From: an uncultured Gemmatimonadota bacterium | GTDB taxonomy: Bacteria > JAAXHH01 | DNA: 64,000 nucleotides | Reading direction: 5' to 3' | Assembly: GCA_951812955.1 (NCBI GenBank) | Contig: OX638340.1 | Span: 640,001 to 704,000 of the forward strand | Shown here: positions 1 to 7,053 of the stretch, piece by piece | Layout of the letters: each line of letters starts with the position of its first letter | Numbering within the stretch: position 1 is the first letter of the stretch | Program-made: the position numbers and the translations under genes | The notes under the pieces: generated by a model | Databases searched by the model: none | Seen by the model: only the letters and a program-made list of their open reading frames with translations | Told to the model about the DNA's origin: nothing

Positions 1-417
1 GCCGCGGGCCCTCTGATCGGTGGCACGCTTTCGTTACTCGCGGCCGCGGTCGGAACACCTTACGAATTCGAGTACGACGGTGCGATCCTGTTTTTCGAGG
101 ACGTAGGCGAGGAGCCCCACCGGATCGACCGGATGCTGACGCAACTGCTTCAGTCCGGCAGGCTGGATTGCCTGTCCGGGATCGTAATCGGAGAATGTGC
201 CGGGTGTGGCAGCGCGCCTGACAATCCCGCTTTCCCCTATGGCAACTTCAGTATAGAAGAAGTGTTCCTGGACCGGCTTCAACCGCTCGGAATCCCGGTA
301 ATCTATGGCCTGGGCATCGGTCACGGGACGTTCAAGGCGACCCTGCCTCTGGGGGTACGGGCTACGCTGGACGGGGATGCACGCACCCTCGCAATCGACG
401 AACCCGGTGTCATTTAG
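1..417 (+). CDS. LD-carboxypeptidase (LdcA/MccF family), C-terminal part; 5' end lies outside the window
   Basis: Frame 1 is open from nt 1 (AAGPLIGGTLSLLAAAVGTPYEFEYDGAILFFEDVGEEPHRIDRMLTQLL...) to TAG at 415-417. The motif pattern matches the C-terminal catalytic domain of S66 LD-carboxypeptidases. ORF-track entry 133..417 is the internal-Met part of the same frame. Confidence 0.55.
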   Translation, partial: AAGPLIGGTLSLLAAAVGTPYEFEYDGAILFFEDVGEEPHRIDRMLTQLLQSGRLDCLSGIVIGECAGCGSAPDNPAFPYGNFSIEEVFLDRLQPLGIPVIYGLGIGHGTFKATLPLGVRATLDGDARTLAIDEPGVI

Positions 418-475
418 TCTCGACGTTCCGCATCGCCTCCCGCGCGGCAAACGGAATGTATGACAGGGAAAACCT

Positions 476-1417
476 ATGGTCAGTCACATCTTGCTGGATG
501 TACCATTGCCGCCCGCCGTGCTGGACCTGTTCGAGCCCGGGGATACATTCCTTCTGCTTGACGATCTGTCCGACGGAGACGACCGGTGGGGTCTCGTCGA
601 AGCCTATCTTACCTATGGCCATCCTCCGACGGATGGGGAAACAATGGACCGCATGCCGAACCTGAAGGTCATCAGCAACTTCGGGGTTGGTGTCGACCAC
701 ATCGATACCGAGGCGGCCCGGGGGCGGGGCATTCCCGTAGGCAATACGCCGAACCTGCTCGACGGCGCAACGGCGGACATGACCTTTACCCTCCTGATGG
801 CGGCGGCACGGCGGGTCGTCATAGGGGACCGGTTCGCCCGCAGCCCCGAATTCATCCATTACGATCCCAGCATTCTGCACGGATTTGAGGTGCACGGCAG
901 CACCATCGGCATTATCGGCATGGGCAGCATCGGGAAGCAGGTCGCCAGGCGGGCCGCCGGATTCGACATGGAGATCGTTTACCACAATCGCAGGCGGGAT
1001 CCTGACGACCACATCTACCAGGCCCGGTACGTCGCGCTGGAATCGTTGCTCGATGTATCGGACTTCGTGACGTTGAACTGTCCGCTCACCGATCAGACAC
1101 GTGGACTGATCGACGAAGACGCCTTAAAACGCATGAAGAGAACCGCCGTCCTGGTCAACCTGGCGCGGGGCGGCGTAGTGGACCATGACGCCCTTTACAA
1201 CGCACTGAGCAACGACTGGATCGCTGCGGCGGCGCTGGACGTCACCGAACCCGAACCGTTGCCGAGACATCACCCGCTGCTTGGGCTGGACAACCTGGTG
1301 ATCGCACCCCACCTGGGCAGCGCGACTACGCGCACGCGCCACGCGATGGCCCGCTTGACCGTGGACAATCTCAAGGCGGGACTGGCCGGCCGGACACTGC
1401 CCAGCCGCGTCGTCTGA
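476..1417 (+). CDS. D-isomer-specific 2-hydroxyacid dehydrogenase (glyoxylate/hydroxypyruvate/2-ketogluconate reductase-like)
   Basis: 313 aa. Has the NAD-binding GIIGMGSIGKQVARRA Rossmann motif and the catalytic-domain signature (NLARGGVVDHDAL...APHLGSAT). Typical GhrB/SerA-like architecture. Confidence 0.85.
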   Translation: MVSHILLDVPLPPAVLDLFEPGDTFLLLDDLSDGDDRWGLVEAYLTYGHPPTDGETMDRMPNLKVISNFGVGVDHIDTEAARGRGIPVGNTPNLLDGATADMTFTLLMAAARRVVIGDRFARSPEFIHYDPSILHGFEVHGSTIGIIGMGSIGKQVARRAAGFDMEIVYHNRRRDPDDHIYQARYVALESLLDVSDFVTLNCPLTDQTRGLIDEDALKRMKRTAVLVNLARGGVVDHDALYNALSNDWIAAAALDVTEPEPLPRHHPLLGLDNLVIAPHLGSATTRTRHAMARLTVDNLKAGLAGRTLPSRVV

Positions 1418-1454
1418 GGTTGGTTTTATTCCGTTGCGGCCCGAGAGGGATGAT

Positions 1455-2183
1455 ATGGTGTTGGACTCCTCGCAGAAAAGATTCTTCATCGATTTCGGTT
1501 ACCTCGTCCTGCCCGGTCTCATGCGTGAGGAGGCACCGTGGATCATCGAAGAATTCGAGCGCGTGTTTGCCCGGGCCGGTGTCGTACATGACGGCAGCAA
1601 GCGGTCGAGCCTGGGACCCTTCATCGAACGCAGCGCCCGCCTGTGTTCGATGCTGGACAACCCGAAGGTCAACGGACTGCTCGCAGGCCTCCTGGGAGAG
1701 GACTTTAACTACCTGGGCAGCGGCGGCGAGTTGTACGTCGGCGACGGCATGTGGCATCCGGACTGTCATGGAGACCCGATACGCCAGCTCAAGTGGGCAA
1801 TGTATCTCGATCATCTGACCCAGAATACGGGCGCCCTGAGACTCGTCCCGGGTTCCCACCGGCACGGATGGCAGGGTAATCTCGACACCCAGGCGCTCTG
1901 GGGCATCGGCATGGAGGATGTCCCCTGCGTCGCCCCCGACAATGCGCCGGGCGACGTGATCGTGTTCAACCAGATGACCCTGCACAATGCCCTTGGCGGC
2001 GGTAATCGCCGGCGCATGTTGAACCTATTGGCCTGCTCATCGTGCCGTACGGAAGCCGAACTGGATTTTCTCAAGCGCAGACTTCCGGCTTCCCGCGCGG
2101 AACTGCATTGGGAGATCATGCGCGGTACCGCGACGGCCGAACGCATGCGCCACCTGGAGCAACCATGGACCCTGCTGAGCTGA
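1455..2183 (+). CDS. Phytanoyl-CoA dioxygenase (PhyH) family Fe(II)/2-oxoglutarate-dependent oxygenase
   Basis: The ORF-track entry starts at a TTG (1434). The first ATG is 1455, with a GAGAGG Shine-Dalgarno 6 nt upstream. Has the HxD...H facial-triad context (WHPDCHGD ... TLHNALGG) typical of PhyH proteins. Its end overlaps the dehydratase start by 19 nt. Confidence 0.65.
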   Translation: MVLDSSQKRFFIDFGYLVLPGLMREEAPWIIEEFERVFARAGVVHDGSKRSSLGPFIERSARLCSMLDNPKVNGLLAGLLGEDFNYLGSGGELYVGDGMWHPDCHGDPIRQLKWAMYLDHLTQNTGALRLVPGSHRHGWQGNLDTQALWGIGMEDVPCVAPDNAPGDVIVFNQMTLHNALGGGNRRRMLNLLACSSCRTEAELDFLKRRLPASRAELHWEIMRGTATAERMRHLEQPWTLLS

Positions 2184-3853
2184 CCGGAGTTGACAAGAAC
2201 CTGACCCGGTACGGAGATACGGAGTTCAGCCGGTACATGCGCAGGGCCTTCCTGTCCTCCGCGGGCTACGACGCCGATGATCTCAACCGGCCGATCATCG
2301 GCATCGCCGATACCTCATCGGATTATACGACCTGCCATCGGGACATGCCCGCGCTGTTGGAGGGCGTCCGGAGAGGAATCACCCAGGCGGGCGGACTCGC
2401 CCTCGCATTTCCCACGATCTCGCTGGCCGAAACCCAGTTGTCCCCCACGTCCATGCTGTTCCGCAACCTGATGGCCATGGGCACGGAGGAAATGATCCGG
2501 TCACAGCCAATGGACGGCGTCGTGCTGCTCGGGGGTTGCGACAAAACCGTACCTGCCCAGCTCATGGCCGCCGTCTCCGCCGGTGTCCCCGCGATCTCGC
2601 TCGTAACCGGCGCCATGCGCACGGGCAGCTGGCATGGCGATCGCCTCGGCGCCTGTACGGATTGCCGGCGTTACTGGCTGCGGCATCGCGCCGGCGAGAT
2701 CGACCGGGAGGAAATCGGTGAAATCGAACAGGCCCTGTGCCCAACGGGCGGAACGTGCATGGTCATGGGCACGGCCTCCACCATGGCCTGCATAACGGCC
2801 ACCCTGGGCCTGATGCTGCCCGGAGGAGCCACGCCGCTTTCCGGATCGGCGGACCGACTCAGGCAGGCGGTGATGACGGGGAGACGCATAGTCGAATTGG
2901 CAAGAGACGGCCAGTCACCGGACAGGTTTCTGACCGGGGCTTCTTTCAACAACGCGGCCATCGTACTCGCCGCGCTGGGAGGCTCCACCAACGCCGTGAT
3001 ACATCTCATCGCCATCGCACGGCGGGCGGGGGTCGAACTTACGCTGGAAGACCTTCACGACGCAGCGCGTGAAACCCCGGTGCTGGTGAACTGCAAGCCC
3101 GTGGGTACGGGATACATGGAAGACTTTCACAAGGCGGGCGGCCTGCCCGTACTGTGGAAGGCCTTGCAGTCCAGGCTGAACCTGGATGCGATGAACGTGA
3201 ATGGCTTGGCACTGGGAGAGATGCTGAAGGATACGCCGGCGCCGGCCGGGTGGCAGGATAACATCGGCACGCTGGAACACCCCATCGGCCCGCCCGGTGC
3301 GCTGGTCGTCCTGCGCGGTACACTCGCACCCGACGGTGCGCTGATCAAACGGGCCGCGGCTGCTTCGGACCTGCAGCGGCACCGGGGTCCGGCGGCCGTA
3401 TTCGAGTCACCCGACGACGTTGCGGCCCGGATCGACGACCCGGTATTGGGATTGACCCCCGATCACGTCCTCGTGATGCGGAATGCCGGTCCCGTGGCCA
3501 TGGGCATGCCGGAGGCCGGTTCGCTTCCCATACCGGCCTACCTGGCGAAAAAGGACGTCGTGGACATGGTGCGCGTTTCCGATGCGAGGATGAGCGGCAC
3601 GGCCTACGGCACGGTCGTGTTGCACTGCTGCCCTGAAGCCGCCGTGGGCGGTCCGCTGGCGCTCGTAAGAGACGGAGACCTCATCGAACTAGACGTGGCG
3701 CAACGGCGCCTGGACCTGTGCGTATCCGAGGAAGAATTGACCCGGCGAAAAACCAGTCACGTACCTCCCCCTTCGCCCGAAAGAGGGTGGCGCAGGCTAT
3801 ACGCCGAACATGTCCTTCCCGCGCACCTGGGCGCCGACCTGGATTTTCTCTAG
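2165..3853 (+). CDS. IlvD/EDD-family sugar-acid dehydratase (arabonate/xylonate/galactonate dehydratase-like)
   Basis: N-terminal block FSRYMRRAFLSSAGYDADDLNRPIIGIADTSSDYTTCHRDMPALLEGVRRGITQAGG matches the RSWMK...RPIIGI..TWSE..PCN..VKRG..EAGG signature of IlvD/EDD sugar-acid dehydratases. A CDKTVPA Fe-S cluster Cys motif is present. The ATG at 2165 is chosen over the GTG at 2042, which would overlap PhyH by 140 nt. Confidence 0.85.
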   Translation: MDPAELTGVDKNLTRYGDTEFSRYMRRAFLSSAGYDADDLNRPIIGIADTSSDYTTCHRDMPALLEGVRRGITQAGGLALAFPTISLAETQLSPTSMLFRNLMAMGTEEMIRSQPMDGVVLLGGCDKTVPAQLMAAVSAGVPAISLVTGAMRTGSWHGDRLGACTDCRRYWLRHRAGEIDREEIGEIEQALCPTGGTCMVMGTASTMACITATLGLMLPGGATPLSGSADRLRQAVMTGRRIVELARDGQSPDRFLTGASFNNAAIVLAALGGSTNAVIHLIAIARRAGVELTLEDLHDAARETPVLVNCKPVGTGYMEDFHKAGGLPVLWKALQSRLNLDAMNVNGLALGEMLKDTPAPAGWQDNIGTLEHPIGPPGALVVLRGTLAPDGALIKRAAAASDLQRHRGPAAVFESPDDVAARIDDPVLGLTPDHVLVMRNAGPVAMGMPEAGSLPIPAYLAKKDVVDMVRVSDARMSGTAYGTVVLHCCPEAAVGGPLALVRDGDLIELDVAQRRLDLCVSEEELTRRKTSHVPPPSPERGWRRLYAEHVLPAHLGADLDFL

Positions 3854-3949
3854 CATATACAGGAACAGTAAGTTGAATGAGTTAGTTGAGACATTAAATG
3901 CCGGTCTCTTAATGCACACGAACGACGCAATCAGCAAAGGAATACCACC

Positions 3950-4696
3950 ATGGCTGAAAACCGATTTGATCTGAAACTGCGCCGAGATGAACTGGCGCGG
4001 GAAAACGGCTTCGCCGTGTGGAGAACCATCATCACAGATACGACCTGGGACCCGTCACAGACCGCCCTTGTGTTGTGCGACATATGGGATTCGCACTGGT
4101 GCCGCGGAGCAGTCGAGCGGCTGAACGCCATGACCCCTCGGATGAACGACGTGGTGACCGCCTGCCGAGACCGGGGCATTCTGATTGTTCACGCCCCATC
4201 CGACACGCTGGAATTCTACAGGGATGCCCCGGCAAGAAAAAGGGCCGAGTCGGTGCCGGTCGTGCATCCACCGCCGGACCGCGATCTGCCGGATCCCCCG
4301 CTCCCGGTCGATGCATCCGACGAAGGTGCGGATACGGGCGAGACGAAAACCTTCAGCGCATGGTCCCGCCAGCATCCGGATATCTTCATCGACCAGGACA
4401 AAGATCTCATGTCCGACAACGGTCCGCAGATCTATGCCTGCTTCCAGCACTACGGAATACGCAACATGCTGATGATGGGCGTACACACAAACATGTGCAT
4501 CCTCCATCGATCCTTTGGGATAAAGCAAATGGTCCGCTGGGGCGTTCCCGTGGCGCTGGTACGCGACCTCACCGATATCATGTACAATCCCGCGATGCCG
4601 CCCTACGTCAGTCATGAAGAAGGCACGCGCCTGGTGGTATCTTTCATCGAGAAGCACTGGTGCCCCACCGTACACAGTTTGGAAATCCTGCCGTAA
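3950..4696 (+). CDS. Isochorismatase-fold (cysteine hydrolase) family protein
   Basis: 248 aa. Has the conserved Asp (ALVLCDIWDSHW) and the catalytic Cys in the GVHTNMCILHRSF context typical of the isochorismatase/nicotinamidase/CSHase D-K-C triad fold. Confidence 0.5.
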   Translation: MAENRFDLKLRRDELARENGFAVWRTIITDTTWDPSQTALVLCDIWDSHWCRGAVERLNAMTPRMNDVVTACRDRGILIVHAPSDTLEFYRDAPARKRAESVPVVHPPPDRDLPDPPLPVDASDEGADTGETKTFSAWSRQHPDIFIDQDKDLMSDNGPQIYACFQHYGIRNMLMMGVHTNMCILHRSFGIKQMVRWGVPVALVRDLTDIMYNPAMPPYVSHEEGTRLVVSFIEKHWCPTVHSLEILP

Positions 4697-4768
4697 TCAT
4701 ACAGCGAGAGACGGGATACGACCTTCCTGTCGCGTTCGTATCCCCGGATCGGATTCAAAGGTGAATCG

Positions 4769-5728
4769 ATGAAGCGCAGGCTGGACCTACTGTCCGTGGG
4801 GGACGGAAATCTTGACGTCTGGATGCGCGTGCCGCGCCATACCGGCGGTCTCACGGGAGGCGTGCGGGAAACCGGCATTGTCGGCGACGCCTGCCGGATC
4901 GGACCTGGGGGAGCGGCCGCGAACGTGGCCATAGGGATGGCGCGGCTCGGCGCGCGCACGGCCTTTGTCGGCGCGATCGGCGACGACACGCCCGGTGCGC
5001 AGTTCGCGGATAACATGCGGGAACACGGCGTTGATGTATCCCATCTCCACGTCATGGCCGGCCAGGCGACTTCCCTGGCCTGCATGTTCGAGACGCCCGA
5101 CCGGGAGTACGCGTTCTACGTGTGCCCGGGTCCCAGGTCCATTCCTTCCCACCGCCTCCCAAGCGGTTTCGTCCGGTCGGCACGTATCCTTTACGTAACC
5201 GGCCATGTGCTTACCGAAGAAGAAGCGACCTGCGATGTCATAATCGACGCGATGGCAACGGCACGCGATGCCGGCGTGACGGTAGCGCTGGACCCTGGAA
5301 AGTACTGGCTCAATCCCTCGCTGGAATCCCGTGTGCATGAGGCTGTGAAGCTGACGGACATCATCCTGCCCAACCGCATGGAAGCGGAGCGACTCACGGG
5401 CCGGCGCACTCCCCGTGACGCCGCCGGCGACCTGCTGGCGGCGGGTGTCGGCATTGTAGCCGTGACGATGGGTGACGGGGGCTGCCTGGCGGCGTGTGCA
5501 GACCGCATGATCGAGCGGTCCGCATACCGAACCGGGATCGTTTCCACGGTAGGCGCCGGCGACGCATTCGCCAGCGGGATGCTCTACAGTTTCCTCGCGA
5601 AGGAGAGCCTGGAGGACATGGCGTCTTTTGCGAATGCCGCGGCGGCCATCAAGATAGGCACACCCGGTGCGGCGGAAGGGATGCCCGGCGCGGATGAGGT
5701 CAGGTCGTTTCTGCGGGTAAACGCTTAA
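4769..5728 (+). CDS. PfkB-family carbohydrate kinase (2-dehydro-3-deoxygluconokinase/ribokinase-like)
   Basis: 319 aa. N-terminal GG motif region and C-terminal anion-hole GAGDAF motif (VGAGDAFASGMLY) are characteristic of ribokinase/PfkB kinases. It sits directly downstream of the sugar-acid dehydratase. Confidence 0.8.
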   Translation: MKRRLDLLSVGDGNLDVWMRVPRHTGGLTGGVRETGIVGDACRIGPGGAAANVAIGMARLGARTAFVGAIGDDTPGAQFADNMREHGVDVSHLHVMAGQATSLACMFETPDREYAFYVCPGPRSIPSHRLPSGFVRSARILYVTGHVLTEEEATCDVIIDAMATARDAGVTVALDPGKYWLNPSLESRVHEAVKLTDIILPNRMEAERLTGRRTPRDAAGDLLAAGVGIVAVTMGDGGCLAACADRMIERSAYRTGIVSTVGAGDAFASGMLYSFLAKESLEDMASFANAAAAIKIGTPGAAEGMPGADEVRSFLRVNA

Positions 5729-5747
5729 CCGGCTTACGTGTTCCGAA

Positions 5748-6845
5748 CTACTTCCTGCTTCCCGCGTAAAAAGGCAGATTCACCACCTCGGCCGGGATGT
5801 GCCTGCCCCTTATAGTCACCGCCAGGACCGTGCCGGGTTCCGCCCGATCAACGGACACGAACCCCGTCCCGATTCCATGTCCCAGCGTGGGCGAAATCGC
5901 GCCGCTGACGACTTGCCCCACCGGGCTTCCGTCGTGAACGATCTCATATCCCTGCCTGGGTATTCCCCTTTCCTGCATCCTCAGCCCGACCAGTTTTCGT
6001 TTCACGCCTGCTCGTTTGAGACGCTTGAGGGCATCCCGTCCGGTAAACGCTGGTTTCTTCAGCCTGACCGTCCATCCCAGACCGGCTTCGAACGGATTGA
6101 TCGATTCGTCGATCTCGTGTCCGTACAGCGCGAGTCCGGCTTCCAGTCGAAGGGTATCTCTTGCCCCCAGGCCGCACGGCTGCAATCCTGCCGAAGCACC
6201 GGAATCCATCAGGAGGTCCCATAGCGCGGCGGCATGCTCGGCCGGATACCAGATTTCGAAACCGTCCTCGCCCGTGTATCCGGTCCGAAACACCCTGGCT
6301 TCAATTCCCCCTATGCGGGTTACAACGAATTCCTGAAACCTTAGCGCGTCCAATCCGGCCTCCGTCAGCGGATCGAGTATTTCCTCGCTGCGGGGTCCCT
6401 GCAACGCGATGAGCATACTCTCCTCGCTCAGATCGCGTATTTCGACGTTGTACGCGGAGACGGACCGGCGAAACCAGGCAAGGTCCTTTTCCCTGTTGCC
6501 CGCGTTGGGAATGACCAGCAGACGGTCCGGCATCCGGTAAACCAGGAAATCATCGATTACGCCGCCGTCGTCAGCGCAGGCCAGGGTATACTGTGACCGA
6601 AAGGGCTTGAGCCGTTCGACGTCGTTTACCGTAATGCGATTCACGAAGTCCACGGCGTCCGGCCCGCATATCTCGACGCGGCCCATGTGGGAAACGTCGA
6701 ACAGGCCGGCCCGGGTGCGAACCGCGTGATGTTCAGTCAGAATCCCCTCGTACTGAACCGGCATCTCCCAGCCGCTGAACGGCACCAGTTTCGCACCCAG
6801 GTCCATGTGGCGCCCATACAGCGCGGTTCTGCGTAGTTCCGACAT
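5748..6845 (-). CDS. gcvT: Glycine cleavage system T protein (aminomethyltransferase)
   Basis: 365 aa. Full-length match to the GcvT pattern (MxxLRRTALY..H..LGAKLVPFSGWEMPVQY...FDVSHMGR...). Confidence 0.9.
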   Translation of the reverse strand: MSELRRTALYGRHMDLGAKLVPFSGWEMPVQYEGILTEHHAVRTRAGLFDVSHMGRVEICGPDAVDFVNRITVNDVERLKPFRSQYTLACADDGGVIDDFLVYRMPDRLLVIPNAGNREKDLAWFRRSVSAYNVEIRDLSEESMLIALQGPRSEEILDPLTEAGLDALRFQEFVVTRIGGIEARVFRTGYTGEDGFEIWYPAEHAAALWDLLMDSGASAGLQPCGLGARDTLRLEAGLALYGHEIDESINPFEAGLGWTVRLKKPAFTGRDALKRLKRAGVKRKLVGLRMQERGIPRQGYEIVHDGSPVGQVVSGAISPTLGHGIGTGFVSVDRAEPGTVLAVTIRGRHIPAEVVNLPFYAGSRK

Positions 6846-6898
6846 GAGATGCTCCCGGCGTCTGAGATGCTCCCGGCGATTGAGATGCTCCCGGCGTT
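6845..6898 (-). repeat. Three tandem 18-bp direct repeats (CGCCGGGAGCATCTCA+2 nt on the mRNA strand). The last copy supplies the gcvT Shine-Dalgarno (GGGAG) and ATG.
   Basis: Seen directly on the plus strand: tgagatgctcccggcg at 6845-6860, 6863-6878 and 6881-6896, with an 18-bp period. An in-frame TAA lies immediately upstream of the first copy on the mRNA strand. Confidence 0.8.
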
Positions 6899-6921
6899 AA
6901 TACACAACGTTCACCCCTCGC

Positions 6922-6950
6922 ATTTAACGCACGGTCCTTTGACGGTGTCA
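6922..6950 (-). promoter_or_regulatory. Putative sigma70-type promoter for gcvT (TTGACA-18 nt-TTAAAT on the minus strand)
   Basis: The reverse complement of 6922-6950 reads TTGACAccgtcaaaggaccgtgcgTTAAAT, about 25 nt upstream of the repeat block. This is a consensus-like -35/-10 with an 18-nt spacer. Promoter architecture of this lineage is not known. Confidence 0.25.
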
Positions 6951-7053
6951 ATACAAAAACGAGATTCGTGATGCGTTTCCGACTGATTGGGACAGACGGA
7001 TATCGCAGGTCAACGAACACGCGTCATCTATCATCAGAAGGAATAACCCGATC

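Noticed and set aside
2042-2164. Longer dehydratase start at the GTG at 2042 (ORF-track start)
   Set aside because: It would overlap the upstream PhyH gene by about 140 nt. The ATG at 2165 gives a 19-nt overlap and still includes the conserved N-terminal block. Some family members do have longer N-termini, so the call is kept at moderate confidence.
6846-7053. Possible glycine riboswitch in the gcvT leader
   Set aside because: The leader, read on the mRNA strand, lacks the conserved GGAGAG / ACCGAAGGGGCAA-type cores of glycine riboswitch aptamers. Only the 18-bp Shine-Dalgarno-containing repeats and a sigma70-like promoter were seen.
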